Shown here one piece after another: positions 24,530 through 38,010 of a stretch of DNA of 64,000 nt. The DNA is from Rhynchobatus australiae. Its lineage: Eukaryota. The translations under genes and the position numbers were made by a program. Numbering within the stretch: the first letter of the stretch is position 1; each line of letters opens with the position of its first letter. The notes under the pieces were generated by a model. The model did not search any database, was not told the DNA's origin, and saw only the letters and a program-made list of their open reading frames with translations. The stretch spans positions 113,182,645 to 113,246,644 of the forward strand of contig JAUZTB010000064.1 in assembly GCA_034780895.1 (NCBI GenBank), in the 5' to 3' direction.

Positions 24530-26345
24530 TGAGTGCAAACGGGAGAGAGCCATTATAAAGAAGTGAGGGGTAGGGGTGAGGTCAGAACTGGCAAGCAATA
24601 GTGGAGCTAGGTGAGGAGGGGTTCAGAAGAATCAGATTTATTATCACTAATGTATGACGTGAAATTTGTTGTTTTGCGGCAGCAGTACAGTTCAAAGTCA
24701 TAAAAATCTATAAATTACAAAATTAAATAAATATTGTACAAAAAGAATAATGAAGTAGTGTTCATGGACCATTCAGAAATATAGCAGAGGGGAAGAAGCT
24801 GTTCCTAAATCGTTGAGTCTGGGTCTCAGGCTCCTGTACCTCCTTCCCAATGATAGTAACAAGAAGAGGGCATGTCCTGGATGGTGAGGCTCCTTAATGA
24901 TGGATGCCACCTTCTTCAGGCACCACCTCTTGAAGATGTCCTCGATGGTGGGGAGGGTTGTGCCCCTGATGGACCTGGCTGAGTCTACAATCTTTTGCAT
25001 TGGAGTCTTCATACCAGGCTGTGATGCAACCAGTCAGAATGCTCTCCACCGTACATCTGTAGCCATTTGCAAAAGTCTTTGGTGACATACCAAATCTCCT
25101 CGTCTCCTAATGAAGTAGAGCCACTGACATGCCTTCCTCATGATTGCATCAATGTGTTGCAGCCAGGATAGACCCTTTGCGATGTTGACGCCCAAGATGG
25201 TGAGCTGATGGAGCCAGATGGGGGAGGGAGGGCTGGAGTAGCAGCAGNNNNNNNNNNNNNNNNNNNNNNNNNNNNNNNNNNNNNNNNNNNNNNNNNNNNN
25301 NNNNNNNNNNNNNNNNNNNNNNNNNNNNNNNNNNNNNNNNNNNNNNNNNNNNNNNNNNNNNNNNNNNNNNNNNNNNNNNNNNNNNNNNNNNNNNNNNNNN
25401 NNNNNNNNNNNNNNNNNNNNNGGACCAGGGTGACTCAGGAGGAGAGAGAAAGGAATAAAGAGGGTGTGGGTTACCTGAAATTGGAGAATTCAATATTCCT
25501 GGCAATGGAGGAGGCCAAGGACCAACAGGTTGGTATGGGAATGGGGAGTAGAGTTGAAATGGCATTCAATCGGGAGTTCAAAGTGGCCATTGCAGACAGA
25601 GTGCAGGTGCTTGGCAAAGCTATTGCCCATTCTGCGCTTGGTCTCACCAATGCAGGGGGAGTGGGGGGCACATTGAGAACACTGAATGCCATAGATAAGG
25701 TTGGAGGAGGTGCATGGAAATCTCTGCCTCGCATGGAAGGGCTTTTTAGATCCCTGGACGGTGGTGAGGGAGGTGGTGTAAGGACAGATGTTGCATCTCC
25801 TATGGTTGCATGGGAAAGTGCCAGGGGTGGAGAGGGATGATTGTGTGTTTGGAGAGTTGCAGAGAGAGTGCTCCTTTCAGTAAGGAGTGGGGAGGGGAAG
25901 ATGTGACTGGTGGGATCGTGTTGCAGCTGGTGGAAATGATGAAGGATGATGTGGAGGCTGGTGGGGTGAAAGTTGAGGACCAGGGGAACTCTACCTCTGT
26001 TTTGTCTTAGGGAGAGGTGGGGTGAGAGCAGAAATGTGGGAAATGAAGGAGATGCAGGTGGGGGCTCCATCAATTACAGTAGAATGAAAGCCATGTTTCC
26101 TGAAAAAAGTACATTTCAGATGTCCTGGAATGGAAAGTCTCATCTTGACAATGACATAAACTGAGAAAAACTGATGGCATCCTTACAGGAGACAGGGTGA
26201 GAGGAGGTGAAGTCCAGGTGGTTGTTGGATTAAGTGGGTTGAGATTAAACGTCAGTGGATAGTTTGCCACCTTAGATGGAAGCAGAAAGGCCCAGAAAGG
26301 GGAGAGTGGTTTCAAATAGTCCAACAGAAGTTGATGGTGGATTGG
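24530..26345 (-). mobile_element. Penelope-like element, decayed, interrupted by a Rex/Babar-type LINE
   Basis: RVPLVLNFHPTSLHI (25471-26073 frame), frameshifted GIY-YIG region, pLTR piece at 24530-24625. Confidence 0.85.
24628..25192 (-). mobile_element. Rex1/Babar-type LINE 3' fragment
   Basis: YRCTVESILTGCITAWY and SIIKEPHHPGHALF.LL..GRRYRS motifs. Confidence 0.8.
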
Positions 26346-26689
26346 AAGTATTATGGGACTGATTTAATATAAGATGTATTCTATATTGAATTCCTTAATT
26401 ATTTAAAGCTTATTTTACACTTCATTGAAACATTCCTCCTTTAATCGTCTTTGTGTACAACAGTCTCGCCAAGTACATGTGCATTGAAACTCAAACAAAA
26501 TTAAAGTGGAAAGAGATAGCTCCACAGAAATGGCAAAATATGAGTTTAGATCCCTTGTCCTTGAATCAAAATATCATAGTATTTCTTGCAACTGTTCAAA
26601 GAGGGGCAGTTACTGGCTCCGAATGCCCAAGCTAGTAATTGGTGACTGACATCACTAATATATTATAAATTTATCTATATCTTTTCTTA

Positions 26690-26815
26690 ATCGGTGTGTA
26701 AACTGCCCATGCTTACCATTGTCAGTGTATTTAGCTTTTCTTCAAGACGAGCTGTGAAATGCTTCGGGGGGTATCCTGAGGACTTGCAAGATACTTTATA
26801 ATACCAAGTTCCCTC
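26690..26815 (+). mobile_element. DeuSINE 3' fragment
   Basis: gctgtgaaatgcttcggggggtatcctgaggacttgcaagatactttataa. Confidence 0.4.
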
Positions 26816-28554
26816 TTTTCTGAATATTGCTAAATTGTGGATGCTCTTTCTGTGCACTAACTATATAAAATGCAGTTGGTTGAAATACATGAAGTATTTG
26901 CAGCTCTACTGATTGTAGTAAGAAGGGCAATTGTCAGGAATTCCAATGAAATGGTATTATGTTCCACCGGCAATTATTGTCTTTTCTACACTTCATCTAA
27001 TGTTCATTAAGCACCACAGAAATGTGATTGTGAAGGCTGAACTGCACTTCCCTGAAAATTAAATGTACATTGCCAGTTGGAATATGACTGATTATAAAAG
27101 CACACTTTTTAATAAAGTGGTTGTGATTAAAATAGTCAGCTGCAAAGTTTACCAATTGGACATTTCTGACACACATTTTGGGAGGGCTGAAAATGGTACC
27201 ACGTTGTCCCCATTATGTTAACCCCTGGGATTTGGATTAAGATTAGTTCTTAAATGGAGTGGTAGTCAGAAATCCCACTCTGCTACAACCAGTGGTGGAT
27301 CCTTAAGAGTATTTGTAACACGGAGTATTCTTAACTAGATATATCCAGTTCCACTCTATTGCCAGTTTTTATTTCTCTGAGCATGACCACTTTTTGCTGT
27401 CTTAACCCACTTCAATTCTATTTTCTCTTGGTAAGAAAAAAATTTAAAAGAATCACTTTGCTTTGGAAATTCCAGTTGTGACCTAGACATCAATGCCAAA
27501 GACCAGGATGTAACAGTGTTCACACACTGAAACAAGCTACAGTCAATAACTAAGCAGCACCACTCCACAGGGGAACCTAGAGTTATTAAAGAGATCAGCT
27601 TGGACTCAGCTTGGTGCTAGTTTTTAAATATGCACAGAGCACCGAGTCCAAATGCTGACTGTGTGAAATGCTTTTAAAGGTTCTTGTGAAATCACATCGC
27701 AGAATAATATTAATGCTGATGGGCTAGGATAATGTAAAATTTGCAAATTAACTGTGGTACATCCCATTCACTTATGCCAAAAGGTCTTTTTTTATACTTT
27801 GTTTTTCTGTCCCTTTTCTCAGTTTTCCATTTCTTTCTTCCTCACAATCTCTGTTTCCTCAATTTTTCCTTCCTTCTCTTGAATCAACAAGAGATGGAAA
27901 TCACACAAGAGGAAACTATTTGAATAATACTTGTACTTTAGGCTGATATGTTTTGAGATTAAATGTTAACCACGTAAAATGTTTGTACAGGATTTTATGA
28001 AAACATCTCACAGACTAGTTTTGGTGCCGATGGGCTATGAAAACATCTTGCAAATCTGATTATGTTGATCATTTCATGATCCTGCTCAGTCCAGGCATAT
28101 CATTGTTTACCTGCATAGATTTTCCCTTGGTTATGGGGGAGTTTGTGGCAAGATTACCATAATTTGCTTTGGCAGCTCCGCACTAAATGGTACTGAAGCA
28201 ACATGCAATAATATTGAAATCGGGTTATGAAAAATAGTCAAAGCGAGGATATCCTGTGGCACAAATGGGCAGATGGCTCATAGCAGTTTTGCTGGGCTGA
28301 TTAAGTAATATGGTCTAGTTAAAGACTTACAGAAGTGGAATAAACTTCTTTAGGACAATAAATTTTTGGAGCATTTGTGAACTTTTAAAGGTGGTAGGAT
28401 CATAGCAACAAGAATACCCTTTGTTCTATATTGAGTGTGATCCTGTCTGATCTGTGATTTTACTTCATTACCCTGCCTTTGCTTCATATCTCCAATATAG
28501 TGGGTTAATGAAAGGTTATCAATCTCCTTTAAAATTAATAAATCACCCAAAATA

Positions 28555-29650
28555 AGTGGTCAAGAAATTATTAGAAAATCTTTTGCACTTGGAGAGGCAG
28601 GGATTGATCATTGAAAGTCAGTGTGGCTTCCCAATGGGAGATCCTCTCTGACTAATTTGAAAGAATTTTTTGATGAGTTGACCAAGTGTGTCAATGAGGG
28701 TAGTGCTGTTGATGCAGCCTACGTGGACTTCAGTAAGGTTCCAATCAGATTCCACATGGTAAGGACCCATGGGATCCAAAGCAATTTAATAATTGGAACT
28801 GAAGTTGGCTTAGTGATAGCAGACTGAAGGTGATGATGATAGGATTGTTTTTATGATAAGAAATCTGTAACCAGTGATGTATTGGGACCCTTGCTGTTTG
28901 TCAAAAACATTTGCAGTCTAGATGTGAATGTAGCAGGTGTGATTAGTAAATTTGCAGATGACAAGAAAATTCGCAGTGTTGTTGAGAGTAAGGAGATAAT
29001 CTTCATCTAAAGAACAATATTGATGATTTGGTAAACCAGGCAGAGAAGTAGCAGATGGAATTTAATCCTGAAAAATGTGGTATGATACATTTTGGGAAGA
29101 TAATTAAAAGTTGGATATACACAATGAATGGTAGGACCCTAGAAAGTACTGAGGAACATAGGGACCTTAACATAAATGTGCAAGGATCCCTGAAGGTAGA
29201 AAGCAAATGGGATACTTGCTGTCACTAGCCGGGGCACGGAATGTATGAGCAAGGAGGTTATGGTACAATTATTTAAACTATTTCTTAGGCTATAGTTAGA
29301 ATACTGGTTGTCACACTGTGGGAAAGATGTGATTGCACTGGAGGGACTGCAGAGGAGATTCATCAGGATGCTGCATGGGTTGAATCATTTCTGTTATGAT
29401 GAGAGACTGAATAAGCTGGATTTGTTTTCCATGCAGCAAAGAGGACTGAGGGATGATCTGATTGAAGCTTATAAAATAATAAGAGGCATAGATAGGGTAA
29501 ATAGCGATTAACTTTCTGATTAGCATGATTAGAAGCATTGCTTTAAGGTATGGGGATGGGTGTTTTAGCAGAGATTTGAAAAGATTTTTCACCCAATGAG
29601 CAGTTGAAATCTGGAATACAGTGACAGGTGGGTGGTGGAGGCAGGTACTC
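28555..29650 (+). mobile_element. Decayed CR1 RT fragment
   Basis: SLTNLKEFFDELTKCVNEGSAVDAAYVDFSK; ISKFADDKK; LEGLQRRFIRML. Confidence 0.9.
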
Positions 29651-29659
29651 CAGATTGCA

Positions 29660-29870
29660 GCATTTTTTCCTGCTATTGATATTAGGTTTTCCTTTTTCTC
29701 TCTCCTTTCTTTCTTAAATAGTGGGGTCACATTTTCTACCTTCTGATCCACAGGAACACTTCTAGAATCTACAGAATTTTGGGAGATGAAAACCAGAAAG
29801 TTCACTACCTCTGTAGCTATTACTTTCAAAACTCTGGGATGTAGATCAACCATTCTTTGAAATTTGTTAA
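29660..29870 (-). mobile_element. CR1 RT N-terminal fragment
   Basis: LHPRVLKVIATEVVNFLVFISQNSVDSRSVPVDQKVENVTPLFKK. Confidence 0.8.
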
Positions 29871-30134
29871 TATTTTAGTCTCTAGTGTTTTTTCAACTAA
29901 CGCTGCTTCCTTCAATTTCTAATTCTTGCATGCTCCTTGAACACACATAGAAACTAGTTGTTTAATTTAATTTCTCTGACAGTTTCTAATAGTATTGATT
30001 GATTCTTCCATTTTGAAATATGCATTCTCATATTGTACATTTTAGCAATGGACAATCATTAGGTAAACTCTGCTTTCTGTCAATCACCACCTCCCATCCC
30101 CCCGCCACTTCTCCCTTCTCATTTCCATTTCCAT

Positions 30135-30190
30135 GGAGCAGACTCGATGGGCCAAATGGCTGCCTTCCGCTCCCTTATCTTGTGATCTTG
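30135..30190 (+). mobile_element. CR1 3' tail
   Basis: ggagcagactcgatgggccaaatggctgccttccgctcccttatcttgtgatcttg. Confidence 0.7.
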
Positions 30191-30419
30191 TATTATAAAG
30201 ATATGATAAAGATTACACCGATCACCATAAATATCACCTTTCTTAACTTCTCTAAAGATTTTGCAGTCTGATCCTAGCAATTTAGCAGTGACTGGACTTG
30301 TGCAGTTCTGCTTTTCATCTCTCATCTCTCTGGTCATGCTCTTTCTCGGTTTCTTTCTCTTACTGACACCATTCTGTTCCCTTCTTGAATTTCTCTCTCC
30401 ATAATTTTTAAGAATTATC

Positions 30420-30545
30420 TAGACAAGCTCTTGAAGTGCCTAGGGTTTAGATGGCTGCAGGCCAGGTGGTGGAAAGTGGGATTAGTGTAGATGGGTACTC
30501 AATGGACATTGACTCATTTCTGTGCTGCGAGACTCTATATGCCTT
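30420..30545 (+). mobile_element. CR1 3' tail
   Basis: tagacaagctcttgaag...ggaaagtgggattagtgtagatggg...ctgtgctgcgagactctat. Confidence 0.55.
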
Positions 30546-30689
30546 GTACATTCTTTTTCTACTTCTCAAGTGCAGCTTTATCTTTCTCTCTACTTAACAG
30601 TCCCTTTGCAAAGATTTTCTTGCACCTGGGTTTTTACAAAACATGTAAAATAAAATTAACTAGAACATTCAAGTACTGAAATTGTGGAG

Positions 30690-31105
30690 TTCGGAAAGGC
30701 TGTACTGTACCTATTTGGAAGCTCTTTCTTGAGCTTTGTCTACTGAATGAGAGTATCTTGCAAAGCTGAATCTGCCTTCATGCTCTCCAATGAAAAGTCA
30801 TGGGCAACATATGCAGTATGTCGAGTCAATAAATGTAAAGTGCTGCTTCATCTCAGAAGTATGTTTGGATTTCTGACTTATGGAGAAGCCGAAGGTAAAG
30901 GGGCAACTGTTGCTTTTCATTTAGTTATATGGGAAGGTGAGTTGTGGAGACGGAAGAGTGAACCAGAGCATCCCATAAGGAATAGTCCCTTTGAAATGCT
31001 GAAGGGAAAATGTGTTGGTGGTGGCACTACTTCGGAGGTTGTAGAAATGGCAAAGGATGGTTCACTGAATGTGCAAACTGGTGGGGTGGAATGTGAGGAC
31101 CCATG
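30690..31105 (-). mobile_element. Penelope-like fragment
   Basis: Similar to 20560-21050 (gcaaagctgaatctgccttc...ggtggggtggaatgtgaggac). Confidence 0.55.
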
Positions 31106-32877
31106 CATTCAGAAAAAAACTACTGTGTCTTATAATTGTATGCTACAATATTATTGAACCTTTCTCAAGCTCCCAGGTGAGCTTTTGAGTTGTGTGATTT
31201 TTCAAATATGTTGAAAGAGAATCAGAACACTAGATGTGATGCGGCCAGGTGTGAAATATAAAGATGCTTTCATTCATAAACAGCAAGTGATCATGAAGAA
31301 GAATAATCAGCAACTTTTAGCCGTATTATCTTTTTTCTCTCCTTAAAAAAAGGAAAAAGTAATAAACTGTACTTCCTGTGGTTTTCCTGTGTAACTTAAA
31401 AATTTTGGGTTTCTAATCACAAGAGCCAACCTTTTGTATTTCAATTTTCAGCTGTAGGACATGGGTCCACATTTATGATTTAAAATCCAATTGGTACTTC
31501 ACCAGTAGATTTCTCAATTAAAATTGTGACCAGTCCTCCTATTTTAAGAATTCAGNNNNNNNNNNNNNNNNNNNNNNNNNNNNNNNNNNNNNNNNNNNNN
31601 NNNNNNNNNNNNNNNNNNNNNNNNNNNNNNNNNNNNNNNNNNNNNNNNNNNNNNNGTGGTATTGTTAAACTTAAATAGAACATCTCCTGCCAGGTGTTGG
31701 TGCTGAACAGGAAACCCACACCTAAAAGTATATGGTGTCTGTTCAGGTCTCAAAACACTTTAATTTTGCATGACAGGTCATTTATCGCTCCCTTAAATGG
31801 TCTGAACATCTTGCATTCAGGATGTATCTGTACTACCCTGTATATAATTATATGATAGTGAACTTCAGAGCACCTGAATGTGGTATGGCAGGTCATTTCA
31901 AAATGAGTGGGGTCATCTGGACCTGCAATAGGACAATTGACCATATTTCTTGAATTATTACCTTCCATAAATTGGTCCATCTGGTTTTAATACGCATCTT
32001 CAATGTGTACACTTGTGGCCTTTTTAAAAAGTAAAACTCTGCTAGTTTAAAAACAAAAGGTCCTTTCAATGGAGAAATGAAAGATTAGAAATCCTGACAA
32101 ATGACAATTCTGTTGCTGGATGGATTGATTAAAACCTAATTCTGTTTGGATTTCCGTTGTGACCATTCCAGATGTTGTGTGCATTTGTATTGAATGTACA
32201 TTCCCTATTTTTCTTATTTTATGGAGGATATCTACAAATTGAGGCATCAATTTAATTCATTAAAAATCTGCCATTCAAACTCATTGGTAGAACTGCAGTT
32301 TACACAGTTTAATGTAAATGGTGGGTCGCTAGAGGTGCAGCTGTTTCTGGAGAATGGGTCTTCAACAGCTTGGGCAACCATAACTAGTCCTATCAACCAT
32401 TTCTTCCTATCAAGTGGAATGATTTGAATTGGCTGAAGAAAGGCTTCTGCAATGGTGGAGATCTCAGGAGAAAATCAGGATGGGTTATTGTCTTTAGTAA
32501 TCCCGTGCAAAACCCCCTCGACCCATCGTTGAGGATGAGGGTGATATTCTTACAGCCCTTTCTCCCTCGTGTTAACAAATTATCTGCCTACCATTCACAT
32601 TAGAGCAGCTGCAGTTTAAACATTCTGATTGAATGAATTTTATGAATTAAATTGATGTCTCAATTAGCAGATATCCTGTTTTTGTACTTATACTCGTAAA
32701 GAGAGATATGCAAATGATCAGGTCCACACCTGCATATATCAGGACNNNNNNNNNNNNNNNNNNNNNNNNNNNNNNNNNNNNNNNNNNNNNNNNNNNNNNN
32801 NNNNNNNNNNNNNNNNNNNNNNNNNNNNNNNNNNNNNNNNNNNNNNNNNNNNNNNNNNNNNNNNNNNNNNNNNAGTC

Positions 32878-32960
32878 CTTTACTATCAACATCGCCAAGT
32901 ACCTCGCTATCAAAAATCTAGGGGTCACCACTAACCAGAAGCTCAGCTGGACCAGCCAAG
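32878..32960 (+). mobile_element. CR1/L2-group LINE fragment
   Basis: IKNLGVTTNQKLSWTSQ; same family as 44880-45545. Confidence 0.6.
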
Positions 32961-33499
32961 TAGATAAGAAAGGTTAAAGTATTTTTAAGTTATTTGCTTG
33001 ATCATTCAAGTGCATAATACTATCTTTTTCCAGTGTTCTGCAATTGAAAATTGATTTTTTTTCCCTGCAGTGTAACACGATAACTATAATTTCCATTTTG
33101 TTTTGTGTCACTCTGGAAATTTGACCTGTTGCAAGTCAAACTCGCAGCCCTGACATGATTAGTGTTTCAAGGATGCATGTGGTAATCTTATCACCTATGC
33201 ACCGCTCTTTTGGAACATTGTGGGATGACTTGGACCACATTATTCCTCTTCCAGTTGGAAACCAGCAGAGGGCCAGTGGTTGTTGATGCATTGCTGCTGC
33301 ATCTATCCTGTGCACTACATTCAGTGCACTTGAATTTCCAGGCAGTTGTTTATTAAGGGCTAATTTGGAACATTAGTGGTAACAGAACAAAAATGTCCTC
33401 TGTGAGTTGTTGTAATAATTGACTTCCTGAAAATGTTTTTGTTTTATTTTCTGAGAGCAGTGACTCACTTGAGTAGTTGTTCTTTATGTTTTTACCCAA

Positions 33500-33885
33500 T
33501 CAATCTGGTCAGTCTTTGAAGATCTACAAGACCTCAAACTTGGCACAAAACTCGTAATCTTCCAGGCAGCCATAATTCTTGTCCTCCTGTATGCTTCTGA
33601 GACATGGCCAACTACAGCAGTCAACTCAAGACCTGGAGAGATACCATCAAAGCTGCTTAGCAAAATCCTTCTAGTGGAAAAATAGTGAGTTAGCTATCAT
33701 CCCCAGCATTGAAGCCCCAAATTCACTCAGCTGGCCACGTCAATTGCATGCCCAACACCAGTCTTTGAAAACAGGCACTCAACTTTGAGTCTGTCACAGC
33801 AAGAGGTTAGCAGATGAACAGAGGAAAAGCTTCAAGGATGTTCTCAAAATTTTCTTGAAAACTGACGACATCCCCACTGACTCAT
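33500..33885 (+). mobile_element. RTE-clade LINE fragment
   Basis: ctcctgtatgcttctgagacatgg (LLYASETW), AGHV..M and QRK.FKD.LK motifs. Confidence 0.75.
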
Positions 33886-33899
33886 CCGAAGGAGGGTGG

Positions 33900-34050
33900 G
33901 AAATTGGATGCACAGTTGGCTCAACCTTAAGTTATGGTTTGAATGGATTTATGGCTGGTTCCAGTAGGGTTCCACAGGGCTCAGTACTTGGTGCTTGCTG
34001 TTTGGGGTATATGTTAATTATTTATACTGAAATGCAGGGAACCTGATGAG
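33900..34050 (+). mobile_element. CR1 RT fragment
   Basis: SSRVPQGSVLG motif. Confidence 0.6.
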
Positions 34051-34064
34051 GATAATACAACAAC

Positions 34065-35785
34065 AAATATTATTATTTCACTCTCCACTATCACCCTACC
34101 CCCACTTTTTCTCTCACTTCTCACCTCCCGTAATCCCATGACGACCCTGACTCTTCCAACCTCATCCAACCCCTACTGTACTCCAGCTCGATCACTCTTC
34201 CTCCCGAACTCTTTCCTTCTCCTTCCTTGTGGCTTTCATCTGCCACTCCCCCCTTGCCCTCCATCTGTAACCCTTCTACTCTTTCTCTCTGTCCCGCTCC
34301 CTTCTCCCCTTGTTTCTTCCCTTGCCCCTCCCCTGCCCCTCTCCCCTCCGTTCCCCACCATCTTCCCCTCTATTTTCTCCCTGCACCCTCCACTCTTCCT
34401 CCCTCCTCTTACCACTCCTAGCGCCTTCTCTCATTCCTCCTTCCTTCTCTTCACACCTTCTTTTCCTTTTCACCTCTTCCTGTTCCACTAACTCCAGTTC
34501 TGCTTCTTCAGGCTTGTTTCCTCCTCTTCCCCTACAAAATCCTTCATTCCCCTATCCCTACCCCTACCAAATCCTTCATTCCCCTATCCCTGCTCCCAAT
34601 CCAATTTTTTACCTCCTTCCAATCACATGTGACTTCCTCCTTGCTCTCCCCACTCTGCCTCTCCCCCCTTACCCTTTCTCCCTTCATTATCCTCCCCTTC
34701 CGCTCACCCACTTCACCTTCCTCTCCCTCCCAGAGCACTTGCTCCCTTCACTCCCCATCAACATTGCACAAGCCCTTTCCCTCCTTTCCCCCTTTACCCC
34801 TCCCTTTCCTCCACCTCATTCATCTTTCCCCTCTGTCCTAGTCGCCTTCCATCTCCCCATTCCCCTCAACACATTCGCCTACCTCCTCTAACCCCCCTTT
34901 CTTCCACCCACCATGTCCCTTTCTCTTCAGCATACCATGTCTCCCCTTCTCCCCTTCCCCTCTTCCTGCTTCCTCTCCAGTTCCAACACTCCCCTCCAAA
35001 ACTCCCACATTCCCTCCCCATCCCACTTCAGCCCATCCACTTCCCTCTTCAGCACATCCCCATTTCAACGTTACTGTCTTTTTCCCTCTGTTCCCTTTGA
35101 ACTTTCCCTCCTCCTCCCTTGCCTCACCGCTTCTTCGCTGCCTCTACCTACCTCTTCTTTTCTACTTCTCCCTTTGTCATCATTCTTTCCTATCCCATCT
35201 CCTTCCCTCTCCCTATCCCAACCTTCCTCCAGCTATATCCCTTCTTCCTGCACTTATCCCTGACCCCACGCGCTTCCCATCTACCCTTTCCCTCTCCCCT
35301 CTACTCCCTTCTCCATGATCCCTTCCCTTCCCCATCCCTTTTCACCCCTCCCCTCCCTCTTCCCCCTCTGCTCTCCTCTCCCTTCCCTCCTCTCCTTTCC
35401 CTCCTCTCCTTTCCCTCCTCCTTTCCCCATTCCTTCACTCCCCCTTACCCCTATTGCCCCTCCACTCCCTCCTTCCACCACTCCCTTTCCACCCTGCTCC
35501 CCTTTGCCCTGCTCTTTCTCCCCTTCCCCTCTCCCTTCCCTCCCTCCCTCACACCATTCCCTCCACCTTCCCCTTCCTTCCCCCACTATCCGCCATCTCC
35601 TCCACCTCTCATTCCTCCCCTTCATCTCTCCCCCTTCTTACTCCCTCTTCCCCTCCCTGTCCCTCCTCCATTTACCCTCTTCCCCTTTCCCTCCCCCATT
35701 CCACACCCCGCCCCACCTCCCCCACTCTCCCCCNNNNNNNNNGTCCTCCTCTCCAACTTCCCCCTTCTCCTCTACCCTCTCCACA
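34065..35785. repeat. 1.7 kb polypyrimidine (C/T-rich) low-complexity tract
   Basis: Very few G on the plus strand; cctccc/cttccc runs without a fixed period. Confidence 0.95.
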
Positions 35786-36529
35786 ATAATGGAAAAGAGA
35801 CAAAATAGGGTGAAAGGGGCAAGAAGATTATGATAGAGATCTGCTTTCAGCTGCCACAGCTCCTGCTTCACTCAGTTGCTATGCTCTATCAGCCTGGAGT
35901 AGTTCTGTTGGAAATCCGACCTTGTTTGTCTTATTTCCTAATTACTTATCAGAAGCTAGTTGCTAAGAGTGGTTGAAACGGGTGATATGGTGGCTCGACT
36001 CTGTCATTGTGTTTTTGTGTTGTCTGTGTCTCAGGAAGAGGTGTGGTGTTTCTTGCCTGCAGTAAAACTGATGACATGGCCTGATAGATACCACTACAGA
36101 GACCAGGAGGAATTTATAGGCACCTGAAGCAATACAAGCTGATGATGAAAGGGGCTTTAAATGTAAGATACTAATTCATGGTGAAATAAAAACCTTAGAA
36201 AAGCTTTGTGTCTGTTTTTTATTTTGCATGATTAAAGCTAGCTTCAAAACCTTTGTGATGGAAACAGAATGTTGGCAGTAATGTGGTGCCAAGGAGCAGT
36301 TAGAATCACACAGAAATCCAGGTAATCATCAGGCCTTCATTGTTTTCATTAAGTCTTTTTGTTCCCCAAATAGAGAAAAGTAAATTGTTCTTGTTGGGTA
36401 TATTAATTATATAGTTCATTAGCTGCTCTAACATAATTGTTCTGTTTACATTGGGGATGGCTCCAATGGCTGTTCATGTAGTTAATTTGACTATGTTCAG
36501 TGAGACAATGCATTTTAGTTAATTAGTCC

Positions 36530-36835
36530 TTATTTCAACGTAGTTATTTGGTGCCTTAATCACCTCAAGATGTCTCAGTGTTATACTTAGTTATGTATGA
36601 GATGTTGTTACTTGTTGTACTCGACAGCCATTCTGAAGCTCCATTTGTTCCACAATGTCAATGAAGTGATCTTATGGTAGTTGGGAAAGGATTTATGGCT
36701 AGGGCAAGGAACAAACTCGCTGCTCTTTGTATTAGTTAAGCTCCAGCTGAATACACAAACGAACCTTTGCCTTGATGTCTTATGCAGGATGGCAACTCTG
36801 CTTATTCAGTAGTCCTGATTTACTGTGTTGAATAT
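36530..36835 (-). mobile_element. Highly decayed DeuSINE
   Basis: gtgccttaatcacctcaagatgtctc...ggatggcaactctgcttattcagtagtcctgatttactg. Confidence 0.45.
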
Positions 36836-37884
36836 AAGTAAATGCAGAAGACCTTTCTTTATGTTACAGTTATCTTCAGGAGTGAAGTGCACCCACTTAC
36901 TAGAGTTATTTTGACCTNNNNNNNNNNNNNNNNNNNNNNNNNNNNNNNNNNNNNNNNNNNNNNNNNNNNNNNNNNNNNNNNNNNNNNNNNNNNNNNNNNN
37001 NNNNNNNNNNNNNNNNNGACCTTTTCTTCAATTCCTTGGTGTTCTGGCATTCAATTAATACGTCGTAAAATATCACAAGTGCTGCAGAGAGGAACAGATT
37101 AGCTTTGCTAACTTGTATCAAATTCTATGTCATTGTGATGAACATCAAACATAAAACTTGGGTACATAGCCAAATATTGAGCCACTTATATTTGATAACC
37201 CCAGCAAACATCATTGTACCAGTTATTTAGAGGGTAATAAAAGTGTGCTGCAACAGCATTCTGCAGGTAGGTTGTTGATAACACTGTACTGCTTGAAAGT
37301 AGCCCATGCGTTTTATTTTGAAGCTCTGCAATCATTGATAAAATCTTATCCTGTGGGTTAGCTTCTCCATTAGAGAATCTTTTTTTATTCATTGGCAGCA
37401 AGTTTGTTAGTTGTTCTTCATACTGTGTGACAGGAAGTGAGTTATGACATTTGATTAGGATTATAATGTTACTTCAGAATCATTTAAAAAAACATGCTCT
37501 CCAATTATTTAATTTTATAGATATTAATGGCATATTGATTACTTTTTAGTAAAAAGGTCAGGGAACACTTTGTTGATGAAATAATCATAGATGGAATTAG
37601 CTGGACTGGCTTGCTAGGACAAATAATGTGTGATTGTTNNNNNNNNNNNNNNNNNNNNNNNNNNNNNNNNNNNNNNNNNNNNNNNNNNNNNNNNNNNNNN
37701 NNNNNNNNNNNNNNNNNNNNNNNNNNNNNNNNNNNNNNGTTCTGCACTTCATGTTTCCACTTGCCTCATGTTTGTGAAACTCTTCATCTTGTTTTTCACT
37801 CTGTTTTAACTGGTATTTTGTGTTATAGACCGCTGGCTGCATTTATGAGAGTTATGTAGGAGAATTTTGATGTAATTTGTTTAA

Positions 37885-38010
37885 CCATATTTCTCTTTAC
37901 CTTTTTCTTTCCCTTTCTTGATCATTTTTCTCTCTTGCTCTTCCTCTCCTCTCTCTTGCTGCTCCTCTCCCCCTCCATTTTTCTCTCTCTCTTTTCTCTC
38001 ACAAACCTCC
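37885..38010. repeat. CT-rich simple tract
   Basis: ctctcttgctcttcctctcctctctcttgc. Confidence 0.75.

Noticed and set aside
34138-35871. Many long Pro/Ser/Leu/Phe- or Gly/Glu/Arg-rich ORFs
   Set aside because: Artefacts of the polypyrimidine tract, which has few stop codons.
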